DNA of 64,000 nt from Promethearchaeota archaeon (GCA_048939765.1 JBHLPF010000004.1:12784-76783), one strand, 5' to 3'. Numbered from the stretch's first letter, positions 38,328 through 48,425 are shown. Notes: generated by a model from the sequence alone, not told the origin. Translations and numbers: made by a program.

Positions 38328-38466
38328 TTTCTCTCTCCTCTCCGGATGGAGTCCTCTCCTGTCTAATTGGAACGGCTGGATTTATCCATTCCGAGTCTGC
38401 CTGGTTGATGAAACGGCAATTTGCAGAATATATCGATTGTGAGTCGGCGAATCTAATATATTGGAA

Positions 38467-38485
38467 GTTTGATATGATATCGAAC
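38467..38485. promoter_or_regulatory. Imperfect palindrome in a divergent promoter region
   Basis: GTTTGATAT-G-ATATCGAAC (8 of 9 arm positions pair). Confidence 0.4.
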
Positions 38486-38521
38486 TGCAATTGAGCAAGC
38501 AAGGAAAGGAAAGAGTCTCGT

Positions 38522-39607
38522 ATGTCAAAGGATCCCTATGAGCAACTTGCAGAGACGCTAGATAAAATCCCTAATAGCTTCACTCCAACCGAAGATGGTA
38601 GTCATCTTAGGTTGTTAGAATGGATCTTTACTCCAGAGGAAGCCATCCTGGCTAGCCACATGAAGATACGCGGTGAAACAGCCGATGAGATTGCTGATCG
38701 GCTTGGCATCTATGTAGAGGGTTTGGAGAGTCGACTTGAAGAGATGGCTAATAAGGGTCAGATTCGGGCATGGAGTTCAAGCACAGGCCGAAGATACGCC
38801 CTCCTGCCTTTTGTTGTAGGTATTCATGACGAACAGATAGACCGTATGGACGGTGAATATGCCCAGCTCATAGAAGATTACTTGGACAGTAGCAGGTTCG
38901 AGGGACTGTGGGGCAATGCGCCTGCATTGTTTAAGGTGATTCCGATTCATCGGACAATTAGTACTGATTTGGAAATCCACCCATATGAGATGGCTGAACA
39001 GATTATTGAGAATTCAAAGTCATGGGGAGTTCGCGAGTGCATCTGTAAGAAGCAACAGAAGCTGCTAGGAAATCCCTGCAAACATGGCATGTCGAAATGT
39101 ATCCAACTTCATCCCCGAAAAGAAAACGCGTTTGATGAGACTGATTTGACCGAGGCGATAACAAAGGAGGAAGCTCTCAAGATTCTACGTGAAGCTGAAG
39201 AGGCAGGACTTGTTCACTGCTCAATGAATACGCAGACAGATCACTTCTACATCTGCAACTGTTGCACGTGCTGCTGCTTGCCATTGAGAGGACTGACTAA
39301 GTGGGATCAGCCCTATGCATTCGTTCGGTCTAACTTTCAGGCAGCTGTCAAGACTGAGCTTTGTCCGGGGTGTGGTTCATGTTTGAGCCAATGTCCCCTT
39401 GATGCATTGAGCATACCCGAAGATGTCGTTCAAGTCAACGCAGAGCGATGCATAGGATGCGGTGTCTGTACTATTAGCTGCCCAGAGAACGCTCTGCAAT
39501 TAGTGCCTCGCGACTCCAAGGAGAAGGACACGCCTCCGGAGTCTCTGATGGAGTGGGGAATTCTCAAAGCCTTCTCACGCGGAATAGATCCGTCTGATTT
39601 GGGGTAG
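38522..39607 (+). CDS. Fe-S protein: N-terminal HTH-like region, Cys cluster, C-terminal 2x[4Fe-4S] domain
   Basis: CICK, ICNCCTCCC, CPGCGSCLSQCP, CIGCGVCTISCP. Confidence 0.88.
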   Translation: MSKDPYEQLAETLDKIPNSFTPTEDGSHLRLLEWIFTPEEAILASHMKIRGETADEIADRLGIYVEGLESRLEEMANKGQIRAWSSSTGRRYALLPFVVGIHDEQIDRMDGEYAQLIEDYLDSSRFEGLWGNAPALFKVIPIHRTISTDLEIHPYEMAEQIIENSKSWGVRECICKKQQKLLGNPCKHGMSKCIQLHPRKENAFDETDLTEAITKEEALKILREAEEAGLVHCSMNTQTDHFYICNCCTCCCLPLRGLTKWDQPYAFVRSNFQAAVKTELCPGCGSCLSQCPLDALSIPEDVVQVNAERCIGCGVCTISCPENALQLVPRDSKEKDTPPESLMEWGILKAFSRGIDPSDLG

Positions 39608-39620
39608 AATCAATGTGGTT

Positions 39621-40574
39621 TCACTCAAGACCACATCGTTTCTTCAGAAGATCCCAATCATGATTGACTTGATCCTGAATCTGCTTCTTGAAGCCGTCCC
39701 ACTTCGAGTCCTTCAAGTGTCTGAACTGGCCTTGCGTTTCCCAGTACTCTTCAAGCGGCTTTAGCTCCTTCAGGTTCTTGCTAGGGCTCGACATCACCCA
39801 CTCTTCACCATCAATCACTTCATAGAGTGGATGAATACCGGTTTCAACAGCCAATTTTGCAAGCTCGATGCTTCTTCCACTTGGAGACCTCCAACCTCGA
39901 GGACATGGAGAGAACGCATGAATGAATGCAGGACCATCGACTTCAATTGCCCTCCTGAACTTCGTAACAAAGTCGCGGTAGTGATAGGGGTCGACTGTCG
40001 CCACATAGGGAATCCTATGGGCCGCCACTATCTCAGCGATTGGTTTCTTCCGCTCTCGCTTACCCGGTTCGACCTTGCCAGCCCAAGATGTGGTGGTTTC
40101 CTGACCAGGCAGAGTGGCTCCGGAACGCTGGATACCTGTGTTCTGATAGGCACCATTGTCGTAGACCATATAGACTATGTCATGTCCACGCTCAAGCATT
40201 CCGCTGAGGCTACCAAACCCAATGTCAAAGGTCCCTCCATCTCCGCCTATAGCAATGACATCGACATGCTCATGCTCATAACGACCTTTTTCACGCATCA
40301 CATCCATGGCTTCGATGACGCCTGATGCGACTGCCGGGGCATTCTCAAAGGCCACATGAATCCACGGGATCTCCCAAGCAGTGTAGGGATAGATTGTTGT
40401 AGCGACCTCAAGACATCCAGTAGCCTCGCACACAATGGTTGGTCCTCTGAGTGCCATGCCCATCAATTTCACAACAGTAGGTGCAGCACACCCAGCGCAC
40501 ATCCTATGACCAGAGGACAGAATTGGGCTCTTCTTTAGCATGTCTTTGATGCTTACTGCTGCTGGTTCTGTCAT
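39621..40574 (-). CDS. porB: Pyruvate/2-oxoacid:ferredoxin oxidoreductase beta subunit
   Basis: GHRMCAGC, ATGCLEV, GGDGGT, YDNGAYQNTGIQRS, PCPRGW. Confidence 0.92.
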   Translation of the reverse strand: MTEPAAVSIKDMLKKSPILSSGHRMCAGCAAPTVVKLMGMALRGPTIVCEATGCLEVATTIYPYTAWEIPWIHVAFENAPAVASGVIEAMDVMREKGRYEHEHVDVIAIGGDGGTFDIGFGSLSGMLERGHDIVYMVYDNGAYQNTGIQRSGATLPGQETTTSWAGKVEPGKRERKKPIAEIVAAHRIPYVATVDPYHYRDFVTKFRRAIEVDGPAFIHAFSPCPRGWRSPSGRSIELAKLAVETGIHPLYEVIDGEEWVMSSPSKNLKELKPLEEYWETQGQFRHLKDSKWDGFKKQIQDQVNHDWDLLKKRCGLE

Positions 40575-41767
40575 TATTTGCGCACCCCCAGAGTTTCGTA
40601 CAACGGAGTTTTTCCTTTCTCGATGTACTTCTTTGTCATCTCGATGCCTTCCACGAAGGTCTGTGGGGGAACATCACGCCCTCCAAGACCAACCACGAAG
40701 TCGGTAACAAGAGGTCTTTTCTCAAGGTCGTAGAGTGCACTTCTGACCTCCATAGCCAACGGATTTGTGACCCCGCCAAACGACATAGCCTTCTCGAAGA
40801 CCATGACTGCCTTTGCACCGCTCACCACCTTTGCGATGTCCTTCGCAGGGAATGGGCGGAACATCTTGAGTCGAACTACGCCGACCTTGTCGCCTTGCTC
40901 CCGTAATACGTCTGCAACTGCCTTGGCTGTCCCTCCCATAGTGCTCATTGCGAGAATGATGATGTCCGCATCTTTGGTCTTGTGGGTTTCGAACATTCCG
41001 TAGGAGCGACCTGTCAGTTTCTTGAATTCCGCCTCCACCTTCTTGTAGCTTTTGATGACTCTCCCCATGGCCCTGTCCTGCTGTTCCTTGAACTCGAAGT
41101 AGTAGTCAGTGAGAGCCAGGGGTCCCATGGTGATTGGATTCTTTGGGTCCAGAGGTTGGACGGGTACCCTTACACCGAGAAACTCCTTGATCTCATTATC
41201 GGGAAGCATCTCTACCCTCTCGACATTGTGGCTGAGAATGAAACCGTCAATTCCGACCATCACAGGAAGTAGGATATCATGATCCTCAGCGAGTTTGAAT
41301 GCCATGATGGTTGTGTCATAGGCTTCCTGGGAGCTCTGACAGTAGAGCTGGATGAATCCGCTGTCTCTCATTCCCATACCGTCCGAGTGGTCGTTGTGGA
41401 TGTTTATGGGTGCTGAGAGCGCGCGGTTCGCCACAGTGAATACAATAGGCATTCTCATGGATGCAGCACAGTATAGGATCTCCCACATCAAGGCTAGACC
41501 AGCAGATGCAGAGGCCGTTGCCACTCTTGCACCAACCGCAGATGCTCCCACACAGGCTGACATTGCGCTGTGTTCAGACTCTACAGGAATGACTCTAGTG
41601 TGAACTTCACCATTCGCTGCAAATCTCTGGAAGTCCTCTACGATGATCGTCTGCGGAGTGATTGGATATGCAGCGAGCACATCAATATCGCATTGCTTCA
41701 GAGCATATGCGATGGCGGCGTCACCAGTCAGACCCTCAACTGTGATTTTGTCTTGCGATACTGTCAC
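40574..41767 (-). CDS. porA: Pyruvate/2-oxoacid:ferredoxin oxidoreductase alpha subunit
   Basis: AYPITPQT, ESEHSA, NRALSAP, GLGGRD. GTG 41767 avoids overlap with the delta gene. Confidence 0.92.
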   Translation of the reverse strand: MTVSQDKITVEGLTGDAAIAYALKQCDIDVLAAYPITPQTIIVEDFQRFAANGEVHTRVIPVESEHSAMSACVGASAVGARVATASASAGLALMWEILYCAASMRMPIVFTVANRALSAPINIHNDHSDGMGMRDSGFIQLYCQSSQEAYDTTIMAFKLAEDHDILLPVMVGIDGFILSHNVERVEMLPDNEIKEFLGVRVPVQPLDPKNPITMGPLALTDYYFEFKEQQDRAMGRVIKSYKKVEAEFKKLTGRSYGMFETHKTKDADIIILAMSTMGGTAKAVADVLREQGDKVGVVRLKMFRPFPAKDIAKVVSGAKAVMVFEKAMSFGGVTNPLAMEVRSALYDLEKRPLVTDFVVGLGGRDVPPQTFVEGIEMTKKYIEKGKTPLYETLGVRK

Positions 41768-41768
41768 T

Positions 41769-42068
41769 CTACTCACCTTCCATATGGATGCTGTCAGTGG
41801 GGCATTCATTGGCACAGATGCCGCAACCCTTGCAGTAGTCATAATTGTACTCGTAGGAACGAGTGCCATCTTCATTCTCAATCAGTCTGACTGCCATATC
41901 GGGGCAGAATATCCAACAGCGACCACAAGTTCCATTCTTCATCCAGAGACAGTTCGTATCATCATGTATGGGGCGCTCAGCTCTCCATCCACCTGTCAGA
42001 TACTTCTTTGAGTTCCCTGGCTCAATGATGTTTCCAGCCATTGGTATCTCGTTGAATTTCTCGCTCAT
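41769..42068 (-). CDS. porD: Pyruvate/2-oxoacid:ferredoxin oxidoreductase delta subunit
   Basis: TGGWR..RP, CGRCWIFCPD, YCKGCGICANECP. Confidence 0.92.
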   Translation of the reverse strand: MSEKFNEIPMAGNIIEPGNSKKYLTGGWRAERPIHDDTNCLWMKNGTCGRCWIFCPDMAVRLIENEDGTRSYEYNYDYCKGCGICANECPTDSIHMEGE

Positions 42069-42640
42069 CCTATCTTTGCCTCCTCTACTGCTCTCTCCAT
42101 AGCAGCCTCGTTCAGATCACCTATCTTGCCTGGGTATCTCTCCAGAACCTCGTCAATGACCGTTTCAATCTTGACGACTCCTGAGGCCTTCACAGCCGCA
42201 GCCATCGTCGGCATGTTATAGAATGGTCTGCCGAGAATCTCCATTGCAATGGATGTTGCATCAACTGTGACCACCTTGCCGCCCTTGAAGCCATACTTCT
42301 CACGCACCTCATCAGGGCTCAAAGTTGTGTTAAGAACAAGAGTTCCATCCTCCTTCAGTCCCTCTGACGGATTCACGACATCTAGCAGTGTCGGGTCAAT
42401 GCACACAACTATGTCTGGAGCATAGACCTGTGCGTAGACCTGGATGGGCTTCTTGCTGATTCTCAGAAACGCCCGCACTGGGGCTCCGGTCCGCTCCGGC
42501 CCAAACTCGGGGAACGCCTGTATATAGTTGCCTTCCGCGAGAGCTGCTTTTCCAAGCATCTGGTTTGAGGTGACTACACCCTGTCCACCTCTGCCGTGCC
42601 AGCGGAACTCGGTGATTCCTTTTGCGAAGTCAAGTGCCAT
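42065..42640 (-). CDS. porG: Pyruvate/2-oxoacid:ferredoxin oxidoreductase gamma subunit
   Basis: HGRGGQGVVT, FGPERTGAPV. Confidence 0.92.
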   Translation of the reverse strand: MALDFAKGITEFRWHGRGGQGVVTSNQMLGKAALAEGNYIQAFPEFGPERTGAPVRAFLRISKKPIQVYAQVYAPDIVVCIDPTLLDVVNPSEGLKEDGTLVLNTTLSPDEVREKYGFKGGKVVTVDATSIAMEILGRPFYNMPTMAAAVKASGVVKIETVIDEVLERYPGKIGDLNEAAMERAVEEAKIG

Positions 42641-42793
42641 TGTTCTTCTTCACCTACGTGGGGAAGGTACGAGGGAGCCTCACTTCGCCCTGCTTAAGTA
42701 TTTGATGGCCTGACCTCTGTACCTGCCCTCCACTGACTGTGTGACCCTTCACTGATGGGTCAAGATGGCGTAGCATGCCGACTTGATTCAGGA

Positions 42794-43525
42794 TTAACCT
42801 GCTTGGAGTGCCCGTCTCTGGAAGAAATTGCCTAGGAGTATGATCCACCACCCGATTGCGTGAGTGCTTACTACTGTTAGACCTATGCTGCTGAAGAACG
42901 AGTTCCAGCCTGGCATATTCAGCAGCTGACTACTGCCCAGTAGGAGCTCTCCAAAGAACCAGATCAAGACGCCGATCAAAGTTAGCCATATCCACATCAC
43001 TCGAGCAGTACCTTTGATTCTATCTTGGCCAACATATCGAATAGTGGTGTAGAGTGGAATTAAGGCCATGTATATTGTCACAAAGACGACATCTGTGACT
43101 AACCACGCATCTCGATATGGACTTGATACAATCGAAAAGGTGCCAATCATGAGCGCCTCGTAGACAATTGGCAGGATTAGGAGTACTATGACTAGCCATT
43201 TGCGTTCATTGATTAAGTCTGGCAAAGCCCAGATGAAGCAGTACACCGCCAATAGGAAAAGCCAGATGCCCCTTACCCCAAAGTCGATATATCGAGCAAG
43301 AGACCAATCCATTAGCGGCATATTCATTCGTTCCATTGTTACTACAAGCCATCCTATTGCCACGAAAAGGTATCCTAGAAAGGCTAGAAGTGAGAGAGTT
43401 CTAGTTCGACCCGAACCCCCAATGAAACCCCACAGCATGAGGAGAACCAGCAGGAAGATTGGAATCATCCCTATGATTCCCATGCTGTTTACTAGTAGTT
43501 CAAATTGCACAACAACAACCTCCAC
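42794..43525 (-). CDS. Stand-alone 7TM membrane protein
   Basis: Seven hydrophobic helices in 243 aa, no soluble domain. Confidence 0.75.
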   Translation of the reverse strand: MEVVVVQFELLVNSMGIIGMIPIFLLVLLMLWGFIGGSGRTRTLSLLAFLGYLFVAIGWLVVTMERMNMPLMDWSLARYIDFGVRGIWLFLLAVYCFIWALPDLINERKWLVIVLLILPIVYEALMIGTFSIVSSPYRDAWLVTDVVFVTIYMALIPLYTTIRYVGQDRIKGTARVMWIWLTLIGVLIWFFGELLLGSSQLLNMPGWNSFFSSIGLTVVSTHAIGWWIILLGNFFQRRALQAG

Positions 43526-43550
43526 ACTTAACCACTCGGCATTGAACTAC

Positions 43551-43575
43551 TATTTAAATAGTTTCAAAATGAAAC
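43551..43575 (-). promoter_or_regulatory. TATA box with adjacent palindrome upstream of the 7TM gene
   Basis: TATTTAAATA at 43551-43560, about 26 nt from the start codon; GTTTCA-AAA-TGAAAC at 43561-43575. Confidence 0.55.
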
Positions 43576-43805
43576 CAAGCTTCTCTCATTGACTCACATA
43601 AACTAGTCCAAGATGTCCTCCTTGAATTCTCTTGTCTTTTCATATTCCAGTTTTGCAATATAATAGCAAATAGCCGCTGCGACAGCCATCGGAATGATAA
43701 ATCCGAGGAATATCACGGGGTGCAACGAGGGAGGTGGATAAGTCATCAAACTAGTATATTGCTTCTGGGCTACTTATTCTTTGAGAACCAAGCATGAAAA
43801 GTGGT

Positions 43806-45020
43806 CTATGGTCTTCTCTTAATTATGCATAGAATGACCAAGAAGAGAGCTACGCTTAATGCCGATGCATAAGCAACTAACTCGGTAGCAATATCCTTGA
43901 GAGGCACATAGAGGACTGATACTTCCACAATGTCATTTGTACTGTTACCCGATCCATCTACGACAGAAAGGATGAGAGTGTAGTCGCCAGGTTCCAAGTA
44001 TCCCAGATTGACGCTGTATTCATCATCAATCCAAGCACGTGTCCAGATAGGGTCTGCATTTATACGGATTGCGTATTCCAGCGGAAATGCGTCTCTTGGA
44101 TACCATGTGACATTTATGTTGTCGCCTTCAAACATCTCAATATTGTCTGGAGAATTGATGGTGGGACCTTCTCGATCAATCAATAGTGTTGGAAGGAGGT
44201 CTTGGGCGTTGGAAACTCCACTGACATTGTAGGGACCAGGCGATGCATAATCGGACCATGAGTTGTCATGCCACGTATTGTTATTGCCATTGTCCTCAGC
44301 GTTGACAGAGGAAAAAGTGCGTATGTCATTCCAACCAACCTCGTTTGATAGGAACGCATTGTAAGAAGATGTATTATCCGCCATGAATCCTGCATGAGTG
44401 TTCCCATAGATTCTGTTGGCAGAGAAAAGACATCGGGAGGTATTGGTCAAGACAACTCCTAGTTCATGGTGATATATAGAATTGCCTTCAGCCGTGATAT
44501 TGAGCGAAGCGATGAATCTCAGTCCGTACTCACCTTCGCATATGGCATTTTCAAGAATCCGTAGATTTCTTGTCTGCGATCCATGAATTCCTTCGTAGCC
44601 CCCGATTATGATGTTTTCCTCAAGAGTGCCGTTCTGTACATCTGTGAGCCGAATTGCCGGGAGCGGGGTACGAGATGGGTACGATGTGATTCTGCAGTTT
44701 CTAATGACAAAACTGACGTTGACATCTGAGATCCAAATACATGTTTCTTCCGAGGTTGAGATGTTGAGCCTCTCAATGATGTAGGGATTCGACTCTGTCC
44801 CATCACCGGGAAAACCATATCTGACAAAGTCATCAGCATTCTGGATGAGTATCGGTTCCCAATCCTCATATTGCGCCGGCACGAAGTCAGTTCTTGCATC
44901 AAGGACCACGACTTCTCCTCCGAGGCAAATTGATTGGGCGGAGGAAGCCAAAACAGGGGTGAGCAAAAGCAACACAAGTGTAGGAGGGAGCCACTGTTTC
45001 TTCCTTCCAACACCTAACAC
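43806..45020 (-). CDS. Cell-surface right-handed beta-helix (NosD/CASH) protein with Ig-like domain and C-terminal TM
   Basis: Signal peptide, GDGTESNPYII, parallel beta-helix repeats, DGSGNST..V, TM followed by KRR; start estimated. Confidence 0.82.
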   Translation of the reverse strand: MLGVGRKKQWLPPTLVLLLLTPVLASSAQSICLGGEVVVLDARTDFVPAQYEDWEPILIQNADDFVRYGFPGDGTESNPYIIERLNISTSEETCIWISDVNVSFVIRNCRITSYPSRTPLPAIRLTDVQNGTLEENIIIGGYEGIHGSQTRNLRILENAICEGEYGLRFIASLNITAEGNSIYHHELGVVLTNTSRCLFSANRIYGNTHAGFMADNTSSYNAFLSNEVGWNDIRTFSSVNAEDNGNNNTWHDNSWSDYASPGPYNVSGVSNAQDLLPTLLIDREGPTINSPDNIEMFEGDNINVTWYPRDAFPLEYAIRINADPIWTRAWIDDEYSVNLGYLEPGDYTLILSVVDGSGNSTNDIVEVSVLYVPLKDIATELVAYASALSVALFLVILCIIKRRP

Positions 45021-45091
45021 CAAACCACCGCTTTTCAGTACCTCTGCAATGCAGAAAACGATTTCCCTGTAAGCCTTTTCCCTTGGTCTGT

Positions 45092-45466
45092 TCATACTGG
45101 GGGCATAACGATGATTTGAACACTGGTCAGCGGTCTATTCGTTTCAGGGTCTGCAGCCTCAAAAGTATCGAAGGTCATCTCGTACACAAACCTGCTCTCC
45201 CTCTTCTTCAGTTCATGCGCAACCCTGACAGAGAGGCCAACTCCCTTGAATCCGTATCCCCGGATTGCCACCATTCTCTTGTCATCCCTTACCAGATCTC
45301 GAATCGTGTTAGATATCTTTGGAATGTCTACTCTTCCAGCATTCGGTGAGATCTCAAGGAGGATATACTCCGCCGTTGGAAAGACTTCGACATCGTCCTT
45401 GACAGTGATGGCAACCATCTCATCTCTTAGTCTGAGTTGTTCAGGAATCCGATTTCGGAGCGACAT
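45092..45466 (-). CDS. Divergent Alba-fold nucleic-acid-binding protein
   Basis: VAIRGYGFKGVGLSVRVAHELKK...TSVQIIV resembles Alba VVIKARGRAISRAVDVA...STIEIVL. Confidence 0.6.
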   Translation of the reverse strand: MSLRNRIPEQLRLRDEMVAITVKDDVEVFPTAEYILLEISPNAGRVDIPKISNTIRDLVRDDKRMVAIRGYGFKGVGLSVRVAHELKKRESRFVYEMTFDTFEAADPETNRPLTSVQIIVMPPV

Positions 45467-45586
45467 ATTTGATTTATCTCCAGACTCTTTAATCAACATT
45501 CTGAGGACAGAGGATATAACTCAATCCTCATATGTGAACTATAGATTACCTGACACATGGCTTCTCAAGAGAGGAAACGACCCAAG

Positions 45587-46579
45587 ATGGACAGAAACAA
45601 AGCTCTAGCAGCAACTGTAGTTGTCATTGTAGTTTCTTCAGCGGCATTGATCGCTTTATGGTATCCAACCACATTGCCAGATGTGAGAATCGGGTATCTT
45701 GAGAAGGACCTTCATCAATTGGCATTTCGTGTAGCCCTTGTAAATGGATGGTATGAAGAAGCAGGCCTCACTGTTGAATTGAAATCCTACAACAATGGCG
45801 GCTTTGAGATGGATGCTTTTCTTGGAAATGAGATTGATATGGGTTATTTGGGTGCGGCGCCAGCTCTGACAAAGAGTATAAACCAAGACATATTGATCAC
45901 AATACTCGCGTCGGCGAACCTCGAAGGATCTGCGATTATGGTTCGGAAAACGGACTATGATTCTGGTACCATAACACACATAGCCAATCTTACTGGGAAA
46001 TCAGTCTATATACCTGGACTGCCAACTGTGCAAGCTTTCCTGCTTCGTCTTGCTTTGAATCAGTCGGGACTGAGTCCCTCTGATGTTTCTCTCCTCTCCA
46101 CATCTCCTGCATTCATGGCAGACTCTCTCACTGAAGATGCACCTGCCTTTGTTGCATGGGAGCCATTCAACGCGAGAGCGGAATTTGATGGTCTAGCAGT
46201 TCCTTTGGTGCTTTCAGGAGATATTTGGCCACGCCATCCTTGTTGCGTTGTAGCATCATCTAATGCTTTTCTCAGCAATCATCCAGACATAGTTCAAACA
46301 ATCGTTGACATTCATGTTCGTGCTGAAGAATGGATTGTGAACAATCCTACAGAGGCAATTTCCATTGCAGCTACATGGCTTGAGATGGAGGATGCTGTTT
46401 CTGCTGTTGAAACCGCTTTCAACCGGATAATTTACGATTACAACGTGAACCGCACTGCACTTGGGATGTATCTGGACTTTCTGATTGACCAAGACCAACT
46501 GCTTCCGTATCAGATTCCTACTGACCCAAGCGCCTTCATGGATGGATTCATCAATACAACATTCTTGGAGAACACCTAA
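45587..46579 (+). CDS. ABC transporter substrate-binding protein (nitrate/sulfonate/NMT1-like)
   Basis: N-terminal TM, VRIGYL, DMGYLGAAP, WEPF, HPCC. Confidence 0.88.
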   Translation: MDRNKALAATVVVIVVSSAALIALWYPTTLPDVRIGYLEKDLHQLAFRVALVNGWYEEAGLTVELKSYNNGGFEMDAFLGNEIDMGYLGAAPALTKSINQDILITILASANLEGSAIMVRKTDYDSGTITHIANLTGKSVYIPGLPTVQAFLLRLALNQSGLSPSDVSLLSTSPAFMADSLTEDAPAFVAWEPFNARAEFDGLAVPLVLSGDIWPRHPCCVVASSNAFLSNHPDIVQTIVDIHVRAEEWIVNNPTEAISIAATWLEMEDAVSAVETAFNRIIYDYNVNRTALGMYLDFLIDQDQLLPYQIPTDPSAFMDGFINTTFLENT

Positions 46580-46631
46580 GCCAAAAAACGGTAGAATCAA
46601 AAGAAAGTCAAGCAGCTGAAGCTCTCAGAAG

Positions 46632-47459
46632 ATGACATCAGCTACACAGACTTCAGATGAAGCGAGCCCGATACAGAGTACAGAGCCCAATCTTTCAAGG
46701 TTTGCAGAGTCGCCTATTGTCAGATTGATTGTAGCAGGAATAATACTGGTTCTGCTCTGGGTCTTCATCGCGTTCTTCTCAAGAAGCACCATTCTGGAAG
46801 TGATTGATGCTTTCATTAGGTTGTCCACGGAGGGGGACAGCCAAGGCTTTCTTCTCATAGATCATGTAGCACAGAGTGTCTTCATCGTCAGTGTGGGATT
46901 TTGTGTGGCTGCAATTACAGCGATACCCCTTGGCATTGCGCTTGGCAGGTATAAGGTAGCGGATTCTATCCTGGGACCAGTCGTCGAGGCAATGCGACCA
47001 ATTCCACCAATTGCGTGGATTCCGCTATCACTCCTTATCTTTGCTAGTCTTTTGTATTCACAGATCTTCATAATCTGGGTAGGTGCCTTCTTCCCAATTC
47101 TCATCAATACTACCACCGGAGTCAAACGTACGGAACCTGTTCATGTTGATGTGGCTAAGACCTTCGGGGCATCAGAATCAAAGATACTTAGCTCGGTTGT
47201 TATTCCATCGGCTGCGCCTGAGGTGTTTGCAGGAATGCGAATCGGTTTTGGAATTGGATGGATGTGCCTAGTAGCTGCAGAGATGATTGGCAGCAACAAG
47301 GGATTGGGCTATCTGATTTGGACCATGCAACAGGTTGGATGGACTGGAGCTGTAATCTCAAGTATGTTAGTTATTGGGGTAATTGGATTTGCAGTCAGTT
47401 TCCTTCTGCTTATGATTGAAAGAAGGCTGCTCAGATGGCGACAGGGGGTTTCTGTTTAG
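46632..47459 (+). CDS. ABC transporter permease (SsuC/TauC-like)
   Basis: RPIPPIAWIP, EAA-like VAKTFGAS, LVAAEM. Confidence 0.92.
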   Translation: MTSATQTSDEASPIQSTEPNLSRFAESPIVRLIVAGIILVLLWVFIAFFSRSTILEVIDAFIRLSTEGDSQGFLLIDHVAQSVFIVSVGFCVAAITAIPLGIALGRYKVADSILGPVVEAMRPIPPIAWIPLSLLIFASLLYSQIFIIWVGAFFPILINTTTGVKRTEPVHVDVAKTFGASESKILSSVVIPSAAPEVFAGMRIGFGIGWMCLVAAEMIGSNKGLGYLIWTMQQVGWTGAVISSMLVIGVIGFAVSFLLLMIERRLLRWRQGVSV

Positions 47460-48231
47460 ACTGGCGGCTCATGGCCTTTTCCTGTTCGACTCTCAGGACT
47501 TCCAATATTCTTGCTCGATAGTCAAGGCTCTCAGGAGATGTTCTATTACGTGGTTTTGGAAGGTCCACAACATACTGTGCGATTATACTCGAGGGTATAT
47601 TGCTCATCACCAAAATCCTATCAGACATGAAGACAGCTTCATCAACATTGTGTGACACAAATAGGACAGTTGAGCCAGTTTCCTCTGTAATCCTTAGGAA
47701 TTCAGCTTGAAGGTGATTCCTTGTCTGTGCATCTAGATTTGATAGTGCTTCATCGGCGACAAGAATATCAGGTTTGATAATCAGACTCCTTGCCATTTCC
47801 GTACGTCGAGCCTGCCCTCCTGATATTTCGTGGGGAAGGTTGTCTTCCAGTCCTTCCATTCCTACAATCCGAATTATCTCATTAGACAACGCCCGTCTAT
47901 CTGATATCTCGGAGCCAGCAATCTCTAGGCCATATTCTATATTCTGGCGGACACTCCTCCAAGGAAAAAGTGACTCCTGTTGAAAAATGAAACCTACACG
48001 ATTATGGCCGGGACCAACTGGAACCCCATCTATCGCGACTTCTCCCTCATCCGGTACGAGGAGACCTGCGATGATTTTCAGGAGTGTTGTCTTGCCGCAT
48101 CCTGAAGGGCCGAGGACGCTCAGAAATTCCCCGTCTTTCACGTCAAATGAAATCCTATCGAGAACTCTGGTTACTCCGCCCTCTCCATTTGGATAGGCCT
48201 TCACAATGTTCCGAACCGAGAGTGTAGGCAA
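47431..48231 (-). CDS. ABC transporter ATP-binding protein (SsuB/TauB-like)
   Basis: GPSGCGKT, ISGGQ, VADE, SHNVDEAV, LPKPR. Confidence 0.92.
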   Translation of the reverse strand: MPTLSVRNIVKAYPNGEGGVTRVLDRISFDVKDGEFLSVLGPSGCGKTTLLKIIAGLLVPDEGEVAIDGVPVGPGHNRVGFIFQQESLFPWRSVRQNIEYGLEIAGSEISDRRALSNEIIRIVGMEGLEDNLPHEISGGQARRTEMARSLIIKPDILVADEALSNLDAQTRNHLQAEFLRITEETGSTVLFVSHNVDEAVFMSDRILVMSNIPSSIIAQYVVDLPKPRNRTSPESLDYRARILEVLRVEQEKAMSRQSKQKPPVAI

Positions 48232-48425
48232 GGTGTCACCAATCTACATCACGACGGCTTCGTGTTAAATAATGTGCTATTTTGTGCATTCCATATATGA
48301 TACTTGAGACCGACCCAACAAAGTACAAAAAGGCCGTTCGTCCTCAAAGAACTATTAGAACAACCCACTAGACATGCAGTTGAAGGTCTGAATGGTGTTG
48401 TTTTCGAACCGGATGGTATCTCAAA

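Noticed and set aside
41768-41881. N-terminal extension of porA in the ORF track
   Set aside because: Overlaps porD in another frame; GTG 41767 is the plausible start
39621-42640. por operon (and ior at 50732-53209) as a novelty
   Set aside because: Standard archaeal 2-oxoacid:ferredoxin oxidoreductases in the usual gene order
42794-43525. 7TM protein as a microbial rhodopsin
   Set aside because: No retinal-binding Lys in helix 7
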